Source of the DNA: Candidatus Taylorbacteria bacterium RIFCSPLOWO2_02_FULL_44_35
GTDB lineage: Bacteria > Patescibacteriota > Minisyncoccia > Phycocordibacterales > DSPV01
DNA: 42,079 nt
Direction of reading: 5' to 3'
Assembly (NCBI GenBank): GCA_001822695.1
Contig: MHSF01000023.1
Location: forward strand, 1,257-43,335
In this document: piece after piece, positions 30,290-41,688 of the stretch
Layout: every line of letters begins with the position of its first letter
How positions within the stretch are numbered: the first letter of the stretch is position 1
The notes under the pieces: generated by a model
Database searches by the model: none
The model's input: the letters and a program-made list of their open reading frames with translations, nothing else
What the model was told of the DNA's origin: nothing
Translations under genes and position numbers: made by a program

Positions 30290-32152
30290 ATGACACGCGA
30301 TATTTCTCCAAAAAAATCTTCACTCAAAAAACGGCCGCTGGCCGTCGCGGCTTGCGACGGCCAACCATTTATTTTTTACCAACTGCTGACCGAGCAAGAA
30401 TCGTTGCTTTGTTTCGCCGGCAGTCGCGACGGCGTCGATTTCGGTAATGTCTGCGAAAAAGTGGTTTTAACGAATTTCAAAAAATCGCCGTTGGAAGCGA
30501 AAAATTGTCACGATTTCAAAATTTCCAAAAAGCGCGGCGGCTGGTTTTTAACTTATGTCGAGAAAACCAATAAAGGTTTGGTTGCTCGCGCTGCCGAATC
30601 CACCGATTTAAAGAGGTGGAAAGAAATTGAAACCGATAAAATTCCCGAGTCCGGTTATTTGGTACCAAACTTCAAATGGCAAGGCAAAAATGTTTTTTAC
30701 TACGGCAGCCAAGCTATTCGTGTCGCCTACTCCAGGGATTTAAAAACTTGGGAAACCAGCAGGGCGGTCGCTTTGTCGCCGCGCAGTGGTTTCTTTGACA
30801 ATGGCCCGCTAACCGTCTTGGCGGTGGAGAAAGAAGCTGGCGGTATTTATGTCATCTACGACGCCTCTTTCGCCAAAAACGAAAGCTACCAGCTCCAAAT
30901 CGGCGCCGCGGTTTTTTCCTTGAACGATCCCGAGCAAATGATTTGGCGCAGTGAATGGCCGCTATTTGAGCAAAATTTCGTAGCTGGCGCCAAGAAAAAA
31001 TCGGCGGCGCTCGGTGGTGTTTTCCTTAAAGACCGGATTGATCTCTATTGGTGGTTTGGCGACCAAGGTTTGTTGACTATTACTTTGCCCCGTTTTCCTA
31101 TCATTGGAAAAATAACCGGGACCAAGGGCGGTTTGGTCAGAAAAGCCGAAAATCCGATCATTGCTCCGGACGATAAAAATCATTGGGAAAGCGAAGCGAC
31201 TTTTAATCCGGCGGCACTTTATGAAGGTGGCAGGGTTCATCTGCTCTACCGCGCGGTGGGTCATAACAGCGTTTCTTCAATTGGCCATGTCGCTTCCACC
31301 AATGGCGTAAATTTTTTGGAGCGCGAGCCCGAGCCGGCTTATCGGCCAAGAGAAAAATTTGAAGGCGTTCGCGCCGGTAGCCGACCAATTACCAACCGGC
31401 CTTTCTTCGCTTACGCGTCCGGTGGAGGCGGCAACGGCGGTTGCGAGGACCCGCGACTTACTTTAATCGACAATACGGTTTATATGATTTACACCGCCTT
31501 TGACGGTTGGGGCTCAGTGCGACTGGCATTATCCTCAATTAGATTGGCGGACTTCAAAAATCAGCGCTGGCATTGGAAAAAGCCGATTCTAATCTCGCCG
31601 CCCGGACAAATTCACAAGAACTGGGTGTTGTTTCCGGAAAAAATTAACGGCAAATTTGTTTTGCTCAACAGTGTTTCACCCGTGATTTCTATCAGTTATC
31701 TTGATGATTTGAATTTCAAAAGCGGCGAATTTATTGAAAGTCGATTCGGCGGGACCGGCCGGACATACACTTGGGACAATTTAATACGTGGCGCCGGACC
31801 ACCGCCGATTAAAACGCCTTACGGCTGGCTTTTACTTTATCACGCCATGGATTATCGTGATTGCAACCGCTACAAAATCGGCGCGATGATTTTGGACGAA
31901 AAAGACCCGACCCAAGTTTTATATCGTTCCCGCCGGCCGATTTTAGAACCGGACATGCCCTACGAAAATGAAGGTTTCAAAACCGGCGTGGTTTATTCCT
32001 GCGGCGCGGCGGTTAAGGACGGCGAATTGTTTGTTTATTACGGCGGCGCCGACAAGGTCTCCTGCGTCGCCTCGGCGCCATTTGATAAATTCTTGAATGA
32101 TTTAAGGAAGGATGCGGAAATTAAAATGGTAATGCGTAATGTAAAAATTTAA
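30290..32152 (+). CDS. GH130-like (DUF377) beta-propeller glycosidase/phosphorylase family protein
   Basis: C-terminal module has NPIIAPDD..WES.ATFNPAA...LLYRAVG...GCEDPRLTLIDNTVYMIYTAFDG. Confidence 0.6.
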   Translation: MTRDISPKKSSLKKRPLAVAACDGQPFIFYQLLTEQESLLCFAGSRDGVDFGNVCEKVVLTNFKKSPLEAKNCHDFKISKKRGGWFLTYVEKTNKGLVARAAESTDLKRWKEIETDKIPESGYLVPNFKWQGKNVFYYGSQAIRVAYSRDLKTWETSRAVALSPRSGFFDNGPLTVLAVEKEAGGIYVIYDASFAKNESYQLQIGAAVFSLNDPEQMIWRSEWPLFEQNFVAGAKKKSAALGGVFLKDRIDLYWWFGDQGLLTITLPRFPIIGKITGTKGGLVRKAENPIIAPDDKNHWESEATFNPAALYEGGRVHLLYRAVGHNSVSSIGHVASTNGVNFLEREPEPAYRPREKFEGVRAGSRPITNRPFFAYASGGGGNGGCEDPRLTLIDNTVYMIYTAFDGWGSVRLALSSIRLADFKNQRWHWKKPILISPPGQIHKNWVLFPEKINGKFVLLNSVSPVISISYLDDLNFKSGEFIESRFGGTGRTYTWDNLIRGAGPPPIKTPYGWLLLYHAMDYRDCNRYKIGAMILDEKDPTQVLYRSRRPILEPDMPYENEGFKTGVVYSCGAAVKDGELFVYYGGADKVSCVASAPFDKFLNDLRKDAEIKMVMRNVKI

Positions 32153-32165
32153 ATTAAAAATAAAA

Positions 32166-34061
32166 ATGTTCACCGTTCGCCGTTCCAAACACAATCCGAT
32201 AATCGCGCCGATTAGCGAACGCCCGTGGGAAGCGTCGGGCACTTTCAATTGCTCGGCAGTTAAAGAAGGCAAAAAGACCCTGGCGGTTTATCGCGCCCTT
32301 TCCGCCAACCACCAGGTTCCCAACTTTCCGGAAAAGCTTTCGGTCATTGGCCTTGCCGAAAGCGTCGACGATTCTCATTTTGAAAACCGTCGGCCCTTAA
32401 TCACGCCCGAAGCGCCCTGGGAACGATTCGGTTGTGAAGACCCGAGGATTACCAAACTGGGCGATACTTACTATATTTTCTACACCGCCTTGTCTGAATT
32501 CCCTTTTCGTTCAGAAGGTATCAAGACCGCGGTGGTAAAAACTAAGGACTTCAAGATTCTGGAAAGGCATCTTGTTACTCCCTTCAACGCCAAGGGCATG
32601 GCGTTATTTCCTGAAAAAATTGGCGGCAAATTGGCGGCGGTTTTTTCCGTCAATACCGACCGACCGCCGGCAAAAATCGCTTTCGCTTTCTTTGATAAAG
32701 AAACGGATATTTGGTCAACGGAGTTTTGGAATGACTGGGTAAAAAATTTAGACGAACACGCCATTGACCCGCGCCGTTCGCCGGCCGACCATGTGGAAGT
32801 CGGCGCACCGCCGATTAAAACCAAGGACGGCTGGCTGTTGCTCTACTCTCACATCCAGAATTATTTCGGCGGCGAAGCGCTATTTGGTGTTGAGGCCCTG
32901 CTTTTGGACTTGGAAAATCCGCGCCGGATTATCGGCCGAACAAAAGGCCCGTTTCTGGTGCCACAGGAAAAATACGAGACCGACGGTTATGTCAATAATA
33001 TCGTTTTCCCGTCAGGCGCGATTTTGGAAGGAGAAACGCTTAAGATTTTTTACGGCGCCGCCGACACGGTCTCAGCCACAGCCGAAGTCAAACTGGAAAA
33101 TTTATTAGCGGCGCTGAAACCAGACAATGATTTGGTCGTTCGGGTCGGCGGCGCCCCAATTCTGGAACCGCGCAAAAATTTTCCTTGGGAAGCCAAAGCC
33201 GTCTTTAATCCCGGCGCCATTGAACTTGAAGGTAAAATCCATTTGCTTTACCGCGCCCAAGCGGAAGATAATACTTCGGTCTTTGGCTACACTTCGAGTA
33301 AAGATGGTGAAAAAATTGATGAGCGTTCTGCCGAACCAGTTTATACTCCGCGACAGCCGTTTGAAATAAAAAAACAGCCGGGCAATTCCGGTTGCGAGGA
33401 CCCGCGGCTGACTTTAATTGACAACACCATTTATATGCTCTACACCGCTTTTGACGGGGTAAATTTGCCGCGTGTTGCCGCCACTTCAATTTCTGTTAAA
33501 AATTTCCTTGCGAAAGATTGGCGTTGGTGGGCCAAACCGGTGATAATCAGTCCTTTCGGCGTCGACGATAAAGACGCTTTCCTTTTTCCTAAGAAAGTTG
33601 GTAAAAATTATTTGGTTTTTCATCGTGTTGGCTTGGATATTTGTATTGACCCGATTCCTTCTTTAGATTTTACAACTGAATGTGTTAAGACCATCACCCC
33701 CATTATCTCGCCGCGCAAATTTATGTGGGATAGCGAACGAATTGGCATCAACGCGCCGGCGATCGAAAGTAAAATCGGCTGGATTGTGTTATATCACGGT
33801 ATTTCCAAAAATCATCACACTTATCGCGTCGGCGCGATTCTTTTGGACAAAAAAGACCCCACCAAAGTTTTGGCGCGAACGACCGCGCCAATTTTTGAAC
33901 CCGAAATGACTTATGAAAAAGAAGGTCTGGTGCCCAATGTTGTTTTTCCTTGCGGAGTTGTCGTCCGCAACGGCGTGATTTTTATCTACTACGGCGCCGC
34001 CGACAAAGTTATCGGCCTCGCCAAAACTAAACTCGCTGATTTGGAAAAAGTGTTTGAGTGA
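32166..34061 (+). CDS. tandem GH130-like (DUF377) two-module protein
   Basis: Two repeats of the NPII/ILEP..W.A...FN......YRA...GCEDPR[IL]T..GDTYY/DNTIYMLYTA pattern. Confidence 0.65.
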   Translation: MFTVRRSKHNPIIAPISERPWEASGTFNCSAVKEGKKTLAVYRALSANHQVPNFPEKLSVIGLAESVDDSHFENRRPLITPEAPWERFGCEDPRITKLGDTYYIFYTALSEFPFRSEGIKTAVVKTKDFKILERHLVTPFNAKGMALFPEKIGGKLAAVFSVNTDRPPAKIAFAFFDKETDIWSTEFWNDWVKNLDEHAIDPRRSPADHVEVGAPPIKTKDGWLLLYSHIQNYFGGEALFGVEALLLDLENPRRIIGRTKGPFLVPQEKYETDGYVNNIVFPSGAILEGETLKIFYGAADTVSATAEVKLENLLAALKPDNDLVVRVGGAPILEPRKNFPWEAKAVFNPGAIELEGKIHLLYRAQAEDNTSVFGYTSSKDGEKIDERSAEPVYTPRQPFEIKKQPGNSGCEDPRLTLIDNTIYMLYTAFDGVNLPRVAATSISVKNFLAKDWRWWAKPVIISPFGVDDKDAFLFPKKVGKNYLVFHRVGLDICIDPIPSLDFTTECVKTITPIISPRKFMWDSERIGINAPAIESKIGWIVLYHGISKNHHTYRVGAILLDKKDPTKVLARTTAPIFEPEMTYEKEGLVPNVVFPCGVVVRNGVIFIYYGAADKVIGLAKTKLADLEKVFE

Positions 34062-34068
34062 TTGACCA

Positions 34069-34188
34069 ATGAAAAATAAAAACGAAAAAAGTAATAGTGA
34101 TCCAGTAGAACTGGTAGAAAAAATAACTACCGCCAACAAACATCCTGTAATTGATTGGGGTTCCCCTGAAGGCAAAGAGGCATGGTAA
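34069..34188 (+). CDS. possible 39-aa small ORF
   Basis: ATG..TAA ORF (MKNKNEKSNSDPVELVEKITTANKHPVIDWGSPEGKEAW) followed by a hairpin. No further support. Confidence 0.2.
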   Translation: MKNKNEKSNSDPVELVEKITTANKHPVIDWGSPEGKEAW

Positions 34189-34193
34189 CAAAA

Positions 34194-34219
34194 AAGCAGC
34201 CCCCGACGGGAAGCTGCTT
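34194..34219. terminator. bidirectional terminator hairpin AAGCAGC/GCTGCTT
   Basis: 7-bp stem with A-run and T-run flanks, between convergent units. Confidence 0.55.
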
Positions 34220-34224
34220 TAGCT

Positions 34225-34419
34225 TCAGACCGAAAGAAAAACTTTATCCCTTGCTTTTGCCATTGATTTCGCCATTGCCAAGTTAAGGGCGTCAATCTCT
34301 CGATTCACTTCTTCTTGAACTTCCCTCCAGTATTCGTCCCAGTTTGTCCCTTTCAGAATTCGCTCAACTTCTTCGGGAGAAGGAGGGAGTTTCTTGGTGG
34401 CACTTTTCCTTTTTTTCAT
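34225..34419 (-). CDS. small charged hypothetical protein (64 aa)
   Basis: ATG overlaps the stop of the upstream small ORF (ATGA). Followed by a terminator. Confidence 0.4.
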   Translation of the reverse strand: MKKRKSATKKLPPSPEEVERILKGTNWDEYWREVQEEVNREIDALNLAMAKSMAKARDKVFLSV

Positions 34420-34541
34420 ACAATCCTTTCCGGATTCAAAGAACCCAAACCATTATTGCCGATTTGATAAATAAAAGCAACTGCACTAATTTCTGCGATC
34501 GCAAAAGTTAGTGCAGAAAGAAATTTCTTCGATTTCTCCAT
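34416..34541 (-). CDS. possible 41-aa single-TM peptide
   Basis: MEKSKKFLSALTFAIAEISAVAFIYQIG... starts 5 nt after the murJ stop and is translationally coupled to the next ORF. Confidence 0.3.
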   Translation of the reverse strand: MEKSKKFLSALTFAIAEISAVAFIYQIGNNGLGSLNPERIV

Positions 34542-34546
34542 AAAAA

Positions 34547-36220
34547 TTACAAACTCTCCGGTTCGGGGGCGATGATTTTGGCTTTCCAAATTTTGTGATG
34601 AAGGGTGAGCCAAACCTCTTTGATTTCCCGATTTTTGAGCAGAATTAAAATGATTATGCCGACAGCAATGCCGATGAAACCAGAAAGCAAACCTTGCAGG
34701 AAAACTCCGGGCAAGGTATTGAGATTAAAGATTTTGTCAAAAACATTAAGCGAGCGATAGACGATGAAGCCCATAATGACCGAGGTGGAAAACACTTCAA
34801 AAAAAGTTCTGGTAACGATTGGTGAGAAAGTCGGAAAACGGCGGGCAAAGTAAAACCAGAAAATTGCCGCGTTGATGATTTGCGCCACTGAAAAACCTAG
34901 CGGCAACATCAAAACCTCGGCGCCGGCAACATTGTCTACTCTTAGCAAGCTTTCCACGAAATACCGAAAAAATTCCCAGCGTTTGAACAGCCAGAGAAAA
35001 CCGAAAGCAAAAATTACAATCAGCGCCGCCGAGAATAAATTTATAATCAGCGGTTTTTTGGTATTACCCCCGGCGTAATAACCGCGGACGAAAAGCAAAA
35101 TCAACGATTGGGCAAGGATGGAAATGGAGAAAAACGCCAAAGCGGCGGCCGTCAATCGGGTATCGGACCAATCAAAGTTGCCCGAGCCCAAAACAGTTCT
35201 GACAATTTGGGCGCGTAAAACTATAAAAAGAACGACGATCGGCAATGACCAAAAAGTGATGTGGCGGGCAGCCGTGGTCATTTCTTTGAGAAATTTTTCC
35301 TTTTCGCCGGCGCCGAACAGCCGGCTGATGGTTGGGAAAAGCGCCACGGTATAACTCGCCCCGACGATAGCTAATGGCACCGATTGTAAATTCCAGGAAA
35401 AGTTGAAAACTGAAACCGAACCGACCGCCAAATAAGCGGCGAAGGCAATGAGCGCCAGCGAAGCAATTTGACTCGCCGAGAGCGCTAAGGTTCGGGAAAA
35501 AGACAAACCCACCACTCGCTTAATAATTTTAAAATTGAATAACGGACGGAAACGCGGAAAAAGCCGGCCCACCGAAATTATTTGGACAACCAAGTGACAT
35601 AAAGCGCCAAGCACCACGCCCAACGCCAAGCCGCTCAAACCAAACAGTGGATAGAAAACCAGCAAACCGAAAATTATGCCGGCATTGTAAAGAATCGGGC
35701 TAATGGCATAAGAAAAGAAACGATGTTTAGCTTGCGTGACCGAAGCCAAAAGATTGGAGAAACCAAGCAGAATCGGTGAAAGCAACAACCAGTGGGTCAT
35801 AACAACGAGCTCGGCGCCGTAAGCGCCGCCGATTATTTTTGGAAAAATCAGGGCGAGCAAGGTGGGCGCCAAGAAAAAAGCCACGATGCTCACCGCCACC
35901 ATTAAAACCGCGAAAAAAGAAAAAATCGCGTCCAGAAATTCCCGCGCTTCGGTCTCACTTTTTTGCAATCGCTCAATAATAAACGGCACCAAAATGGAAA
36001 CCGAAACGATGGAAGCAACCGCGACAAAGATCAAATCGGGAATTCGGAAAGCGGCGTAGTAAGCGTCCAGCGCCGCCGAAGCGCCAAAAGTGCCAGCCAG
36101 CATGCGATCGCGAATCAAACCGAGCAATTGGGAAAGAAAAGTAAAAAACGCCAAAAGATAAGCGGCTTCGTGGAGTCCGACAAATTCTTTGCCGAGCAAA
36201 TTAAAAAATTTTTTAACCAT
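34547..36220 (-). CDS. murJ: lipid II flippase MurJ
   Basis: GLIRDRMLAGTFGASAALDAYYAAFRIPDLIF, 557 aa, multi-pass membrane protein. Confidence 0.9.
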   Translation of the reverse strand: MVKKFFNLLGKEFVGLHEAAYLLAFFTFLSQLLGLIRDRMLAGTFGASAALDAYYAAFRIPDLIFVAVASIVSVSILVPFIIERLQKSETEAREFLDAIFSFFAVLMVAVSIVAFFLAPTLLALIFPKIIGGAYGAELVVMTHWLLLSPILLGFSNLLASVTQAKHRFFSYAISPILYNAGIIFGLLVFYPLFGLSGLALGVVLGALCHLVVQIISVGRLFPRFRPLFNFKIIKRVVGLSFSRTLALSASQIASLALIAFAAYLAVGSVSVFNFSWNLQSVPLAIVGASYTVALFPTISRLFGAGEKEKFLKEMTTAARHITFWSLPIVVLFIVLRAQIVRTVLGSGNFDWSDTRLTAAALAFFSISILAQSLILLFVRGYYAGGNTKKPLIINLFSAALIVIFAFGFLWLFKRWEFFRYFVESLLRVDNVAGAEVLMLPLGFSVAQIINAAIFWFYFARRFPTFSPIVTRTFFEVFSTSVIMGFIVYRSLNVFDKIFNLNTLPGVFLQGLLSGFIGIAVGIIILILLKNREIKEVWLTLHHKIWKAKIIAPEPESL

Positions 36221-36226
36221 CGGTCT

Positions 36227-38677
36227 TTATTCCTTCGGCGTTGGTTCCTCAATCGGCGGTTTAGCGCGGCTTTCCGGTTTATTATCCACCGGCGCCTTGG
36301 CATTGGTGAACGGCGCCCGGCCGGCTTTCAGATTTTTCAAAATCAAATCAATTTCTTGATTTCCCGGATTGGTTTTCTGAATTTCTGCGAATTGTTTGAC
36401 AGCTTCATTGTTCTTGCCAATCTGGTAATAGCTCAAACCGAGGAAGTAGCGGGCGTTGGCATAGTTGGATAAAAGAGTCACCGCCCTTTCCAACCCTTCG
36501 ACGGCTTTTTTGTAATTCTTATCATTGTAATTGAGCAAGCCAAGCTGAAAAAAAACTGTTGGGTCGTTGGGCGCGAGTTCGGCGATCTTTTCCACCGACT
36601 TGATGGCCTCGTTCAAATTGCCTTCGTCGACGTCAATTTGGGCCAGCAGAAAAATTGCGTCAGTGTAATCTGATTTAAGTTCAAGGACTTGGTTAATAAG
36701 CGTTCTGGCTTTTTTGCTGTCATTATTCGCCAAGGCAAGCCGCGCTAGCGTCAAGTAAAGCAACGGGCTTCGAGGATTTAATTCCAGCGCTTTGTTGTAA
36801 TTGCTCAAAGCGCTTTCGTAAGCACCGGCAATCTTTATCGGCACCACTATGGCATAAACCCGGCCGGCCTCCACCCAATTTTGGTAATCGCTATCATTAA
36901 GTTCAATCGCCCGCTTGGCATATTTTATCGCTTCGCCGAAAGATGCCTGAAACTCCGCCTTAGCGGCTTCGGTATTCAAATCGGCGACATTGCGAGAAAA
37001 CAAATTGCTGATTTTCACTAAATACAATTCAGCGAGAAAACGATTGTAGATATCAATTTCATTCAAGTTGATTGCTCTTTTCAGACCGGCCTCGGTGGCG
37101 ACAATATCGCCCTTGGTGTTAAACACCAATAAGGCCTTTTGAAAATTGACGAGGGCGGCAAATTTCCGCGCAACAACAGCGCCAGTGGTAACGATCACAA
37201 CCAAAAGAATCACCAAAACCAGCGTGGCAAGGAAACTTTTCTTGGGATGGCTGGAGAAGACAAAACCAAACGCCCGGTTCTTGAAATTTTTGTCTTGATG
37301 AAGCGAGGCCAAAAACAAGCCGGTAAAGAAAAAAGTCAAAGCGAAAATCACGACGCTGGGAATATAAAAGACGCTGAACACCCAGAGGTAAGCTGCTGTC
37401 GCGAAAGAAGAAACGGTAAGATAACGATTAAACGGGTCGCCGTCGATAAAGAAAATCGCCCGGAAGCCGGAGTAAAGGAACAGGGCCAGAAAGATTATCC
37501 AAGCGAGAAAACCGAGAACGCCGGTAGTGACCACTGTTGACGGAATCAAACCAATGCCAAAATTAAAATCGGTGTTCCAGAAAATCGTATTATTAATGGC
37601 TGGCGGTTTATGTCTTAACCATTCATAAGCAAACCTATTTTGACCAACACCGAAAACCGGGTCGGCGGTCAAGCTTCTTAGAGAAACATCAAAGGTTGCC
37701 TGCCAAGACGGCCGTACTTCAAATTGTGCGATGTTTAGGGTGCCAGCGATTCTGGAACCGAGCGGTTTGCTTTGAGTAAAATTGTCGGCGATAAAAATCG
37801 AAGCGACTACCAGTACCGCCAGCGCGGCGTAAGAAATTTTGCGTTTGTTAACCGACTCTGGAGCAACACTTGCAACCGGCTGGGCGCCATTTTGGTTAAT
37901 AGCAGTCCGCCTGATCGCCAGCAGATAGACGAACAAAATGAGCGCGAACGAAGCGACCGCTAACCAAATGGTAGAGAAATTCACCACGGCCAACGCCAGC
38001 AAAGCAATGACTAGAACGATATAGAGACAAAACCGGAAAAATTTGCTCAGCGCTAAAAGCTCCGTCGTCACCAACGACAGTAATGTCACTGCGCCGAAAA
38101 CGATGCCTAAGTCGTTAAAGCGACCGATTAAACTGGAGGTGTTACCGGAAAAAATTCCGCCGAAAGTCAGCCAAGCGGGAAAGATCAAACGAATTGTCTG
38201 AAAAACAAAGATTATCAGCGCGGCGACCAGAAAAGCGGCATAGCTCAAAAAAATCCGGTCGCGCGATTGGAATAATGCGGCGGCAACAATTAAAAGCATT
38301 ACCATTACAAAAATAGAAACGAAAGTCGCTACTTCAAAACCTTGCCCCACCATAGACCAAGCGACATTGCCGGAAAAAATTGCCGCTAAGAAATTCGCCA
38401 AAACCAGAAAAACCGCGCTGGCCATAAAAATTTTTTCCGGCAACTGAATCGCCCCTTCTTTAAGCCGAGCCAGAATAAAACAAACGGAAGCCAACAATGT
38501 CGCCAAAACAATCAGCAAAGCCTTGCTGAATTGAAAAGGGAAATTGATAGAGGGAATAAAAAAAATCGGCGCTAAAAATATACCGACCGAGACCACGGTA
38601 AAACCGATTTTCTCAAAGAACGGGGCGTTACCAAACGGCACCACCGATTTCACCTTAATTTTTTCTGCTTTTTCCAT
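36227..38677 (-). CDS. polytopic membrane protein (O-antigen-ligase-like) with C-terminal TPR repeats
   Basis: About 500 aa of TM segments followed by several TPR-like repeats (..YNKALELNP.., ..AVEGLERAV.., ..AVKQFAEIQKTNP..). Confidence 0.65.
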   Translation of the reverse strand: MEKAEKIKVKSVVPFGNAPFFEKIGFTVVSVGIFLAPIFFIPSINFPFQFSKALLIVLATLLASVCFILARLKEGAIQLPEKIFMASAVFLVLANFLAAIFSGNVAWSMVGQGFEVATFVSIFVMVMLLIVAAALFQSRDRIFLSYAAFLVAALIIFVFQTIRLIFPAWLTFGGIFSGNTSSLIGRFNDLGIVFGAVTLLSLVTTELLALSKFFRFCLYIVLVIALLALAVVNFSTIWLAVASFALILFVYLLAIRRTAINQNGAQPVASVAPESVNKRKISYAALAVLVVASIFIADNFTQSKPLGSRIAGTLNIAQFEVRPSWQATFDVSLRSLTADPVFGVGQNRFAYEWLRHKPPAINNTIFWNTDFNFGIGLIPSTVVTTGVLGFLAWIIFLALFLYSGFRAIFFIDGDPFNRYLTVSSFATAAYLWVFSVFYIPSVVIFALTFFFTGLFLASLHQDKNFKNRAFGFVFSSHPKKSFLATLVLVILLVVIVTTGAVVARKFAALVNFQKALLVFNTKGDIVATEAGLKRAINLNEIDIYNRFLAELYLVKISNLFSRNVADLNTEAAKAEFQASFGEAIKYAKRAIELNDSDYQNWVEAGRVYAIVVPIKIAGAYESALSNYNKALELNPRSPLLYLTLARLALANNDSKKARTLINQVLELKSDYTDAIFLLAQIDVDEGNLNEAIKSVEKIAELAPNDPTVFFQLGLLNYNDKNYKKAVEGLERAVTLLSNYANARYFLGLSYYQIGKNNEAVKQFAEIQKTNPGNQEIDLILKNLKAGRAPFTNAKAPVDNKPESRAKPPIEEPTPKE

Positions 38678-38823
38678 AACTTTAATGAGTATTTAACCAG
38701 TTAGAAATCTTTAGAAAAGATTTCTAACGGGGTTTACCTTATCAACTACCTCGTAGCAAGCTACGGGGAAATCTTTTTTATTATACATCATAATTATACA
38801 CCACATTTGTGATTTCCAAAAAG

Positions 38824-41286
38824 TTACAAACATACCAGCGAAGCTATACTATCGCCCTCGCGCAATTTCATAATCCGCACGCCTTGGGTTTGCCGACTAA
38901 GCGATGGAATTTCTTTAATATCAACCCGAATTACCTGGCTCTTTTTGGAAATCGCCACCAACTCTTCTTCGGCGTCAGAAACGACTTTCGCCGCCATTAG
39001 AGCGCCGGTCTTGCCCGTGATTTTCGCCGTCTTAATGCCGGAACCACCGCGCTTTTGAACTTTGTATTCTTTCAAGGCGGTCGTTTTGCCGTAGCCATTT
39101 TCCATCACCACCAAAAACCGCGGGTTGGCAACATCTTTTCTAATGGCGTCGGCGCCGACAATCATATCGCCTTTTTTAAGACGCATCGCCCGCACCCCGC
39201 CGGCCGCCCGGCCCATTAGCCGAATATCCGATTCTTTGAAACGAATTGATTGACCTTTGGCGCTAGCGGCAATCACTTGGTCGCTTTTGTCAATGAAAAA
39301 GACCGATTGCAGGGCGTCGCCGGCATCTAGTCGGATAGCAATAATACCGGAACGGCGAACATCATGGAAACTGGCAGCATCCACCTTTTTGGCAATGCCA
39401 TTCTTAGTCACCAAGAGCGTTGCCAACGCCGACTTTTTCAATTCTTTGGGCATGGGCAAAATGGAAGTGACTCTTTCATCAGCTGCTAATGACAGGAAAT
39501 TCATAATGGATTTGCCTTTGGTGGCGCGTCTGCCCTCCGGAATCTCATACATTTTTATTTGGTAAACTTTGCCTTTGTCGGTAAAAAACAACAAATCATT
39601 GTGGGTAGAAGCGGTCAGGAAAATAGAAACGAAATCCTCTTCTTTGGTATCTAAATCCATCACTCCGATACCGCCGCGTTTTTGTCTGCGATATTCACCT
39701 GGGTCAGTGCGCTTGACATACCCCCCCATCGTCAAAACCAAAACACTTTCTTCATCGGGAATAGTGTCTTCCAACGAAAAGGTTTTGGCTTCATGCTTGA
39801 CAATTTTGGTCAACCGCTCGTCTCCGTATTTTTCCGAAATTTCTTTAAGCTCGCCCCTGATGACACCCAAAATTTTCTTGGGGCTAGCCAATAACTCTTT
39901 GAGAGTTTTAATCAATTCTATCACTGCTTTAAGTTCATCTTCAATTTTCTGACGTTCTAAGCCGGCCAATTTTTGAAGTTTCATTTCCAAAATCGCCGTG
40001 GCCTGCAAGTCGGAGAATTTAAATTCTTTTTCCAAATCAGCGTGGGCGGTGGGCACGTCTTTAGCGGCGCGAATCAATTTAATAATCCGGTCAATGTGAT
40101 CAAGAGCTTTTTTAAGACCGAGCAAAATATGCTCCCGTTCTTCAGCTTTGCGCAAATCAAACTCGGTTCGGCGACGCACCACCACTTGGCGATGCTTGAT
40201 AAAATCCTCCAACAAAGATTTGAGTGATAAAGTTTGAGGCACGCCATCTTGCAACGCCACCATGTTGAAATGAAAGGCCTCTTCCAGCTGGGTATGTTTG
40301 TAAAGATAATTTAAGACCGCTTGCGGTTGACTGCCTTGTTTCAAATCAATGGCAATCCGCAAGTCCTTGGCCGATTCGTCCCGCAAGGCCTTGATGCCTT
40401 CCAGTTTTTTCTCCCGCACCAAGTTGGCGATTGATTCAATCAAGTCGGCTTTGTTGACGCGGTAAGGAATGGAAGTGATGATAATTTGAAAACTGCCGGC
40501 TTTGTTTTCGGTAATTTCCGCTTCGCCACGCACCACTACCCCGCCTTTGCCGTTGCCGTAAGCGTGATGGATGTCTTTTTCCCCAAAAACCACGCCGCCG
40601 GTGGGAAAATCCGGTCCTTTGATGAATTGAAGTAAATCTTCGGTTGTCGCCCCTTTGTTGTCAATCAAATGAATCACCGCCCCGCAAACTTCACGCAAAT
40701 TGTGCGGCGGAATGTTGGAGGCCATACCGACGGCAATGCCAAGCGTGCCGTTCAAAATTAAATTGGGAAAAGCCGCCGGCAAAACCATCGGCTCTTTCTT
40801 GGTGTTGTCGTAATTAGCCCGCCAATCTACCGTCTCTTTTTCCAAATCACGCAACATTTCACCGGAAAGACGGGACATTTTTGTCTCGGTATATCTCATT
40901 GCGGCGGCTGAATCGCCATCAATCGAGCCCCAGTTTCCCTGGCCCATAGCCAGCGGGTAGCGCAAAGAAAACGGCTGGGTCATTTTCACCAACGATTCAT
41001 AGACGGCCGCGTCGCCGTGCGGATGATATTTGCCCAACACATCGCCTACCACCGCCGCTGATTTCCGAAATCTGGCCGAGCTGGTCAAGCCTAGTTCTTG
41101 CATCGCGAACAGAATCCGCCGGTGCACCGGTTTCAAACCATCGCGCGTGTCGGGTAAAGCGCGCATAGTTATCACCGACATAGCATAGTCCAAATAGGAC
41201 TCCTTCATCTCGGTGCTGATATTCCTTAAAACGACACCGCGCTCGCTTTTAACGGGCGCCGTTGATTCATCTTTTTCCTTTGCCAT
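38824..41286 (-). CDS. gyrA: DNA gyrase subunit A
   Basis: [29 protein letters not shown] and [16 protein letters not shown] (QRDR region), 820 aa. Confidence 0.97.
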   Translation of the reverse strand: MAKEKDESTAPVKSERGVVLRNISTEMKESYLDYAMSVITMRALPDTRDGLKPVHRRILFAMQELGLTSSARFRKSAAVVGDVLGKYHPHGDAAVYESLVKMTQPFSLRYPLAMGQGNWGSIDGDSAAAMRYTETKMSRLSGEMLRDLEKETVDWRANYDNTKKEPMVLPAAFPNLILNGTLGIAVGMASNIPPHNLREVCGAVIHLIDNKGATTEDLLQFIKGPDFPTGGVVFGEKDIHHAYGNGKGGVVVRGEAEITENKAGSFQIIITSIPYRVNKADLIESIANLVREKKLEGIKALRDESAKDLRIAIDLKQGSQPQAVLNYLYKHTQLEEAFHFNMVALQDGVPQTLSLKSLLEDFIKHRQVVVRRRTEFDLRKAEEREHILLGLKKALDHIDRIIKLIRAAKDVPTAHADLEKEFKFSDLQATAILEMKLQKLAGLERQKIEDELKAVIELIKTLKELLASPKKILGVIRGELKEISEKYGDERLTKIVKHEAKTFSLEDTIPDEESVLVLTMGGYVKRTDPGEYRRQKRGGIGVMDLDTKEEDFVSIFLTASTHNDLLFFTDKGKVYQIKMYEIPEGRRATKGKSIMNFLSLAADERVTSILPMPKELKKSALATLLVTKNGIAKKVDAASFHDVRRSGIIAIRLDAGDALQSVFFIDKSDQVIAASAKGQSIRFKESDIRLMGRAAGGVRAMRLKKGDMIVGADAIRKDVANPRFLVVMENGYGKTTALKEYKVQKRGGSGIKTAKITGKTGALMAAKVVSDAEEELVAISKKSQVIRVDIKEIPSLSRQTQGVRIMKLREGDSIASLVCL

Positions 41287-41327
41287 ACCACATTATTTTA
41301 GCATATTTCTAGGTTAAAAGGAAACCA

Positions 41328-41372
41328 GAAAAAATTAAAACTTGGCAGATATCCGCTATCGCCAGTATCTGC
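41328..41372 (-). terminator. terminator-like hairpin GCAGATA/TATCTGC plus T-rich tail
   Basis: 7-bp stem followed by a TTTTAATTTTTT tail on the minus strand, downstream of the small membrane protein gene. Confidence 0.45.
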
Positions 41373-41394
41373 TGAAAATTACTTTTTGTAATTT

Positions 41395-41667
41395 TTACAA
41401 TCCCTGCACTGTCGCGGCAATCAAATTGATGATGCCAAAAACCGAGAACATTATGAACATTCCAATGACGCCGTAAATCATTCCTTTGCCGCCTTCGCTT
41501 CTTTTGGTTGAATCGTCGGCGTGGACGATATAGGTAAAAGCGCCCCAGATAAAAACCAGCAGGGCAACGGCAAAAAGCAAAAGTAAAATTGGATTGACAA
41601 CGTTGTCTTCAATCTTGTTTATGATATCCGTCACTGATTGCGGCACCGCCGCCAAAAGATTTTTCAT
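41395..41667 (-). CDS. small two-TM membrane protein (possibly TrbC/VirB2-like pilin)
   Basis: 90 aa with two hydrophobic helices. The family assignment is tentative. Confidence 0.45.
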   Translation of the reverse strand: MKNLLAAVPQSVTDIINKIEDNVVNPILLLLFAVALLVFIWGAFTYIVHADDSTKRSEGGKGMIYGVIGMFIMFSVFGIINLIAATVQGL

Positions 41668-41688
41668 AATATTTTAATTATATCATAA

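Noticed and set aside
35963-36472. 169-aa plus-strand ORF, and other short ORFs antisense to murJ, gyrA, argS and the glycosyltransferases
   Set aside because: They overlap confidently identified genes on the opposite strand and have low-complexity translations.
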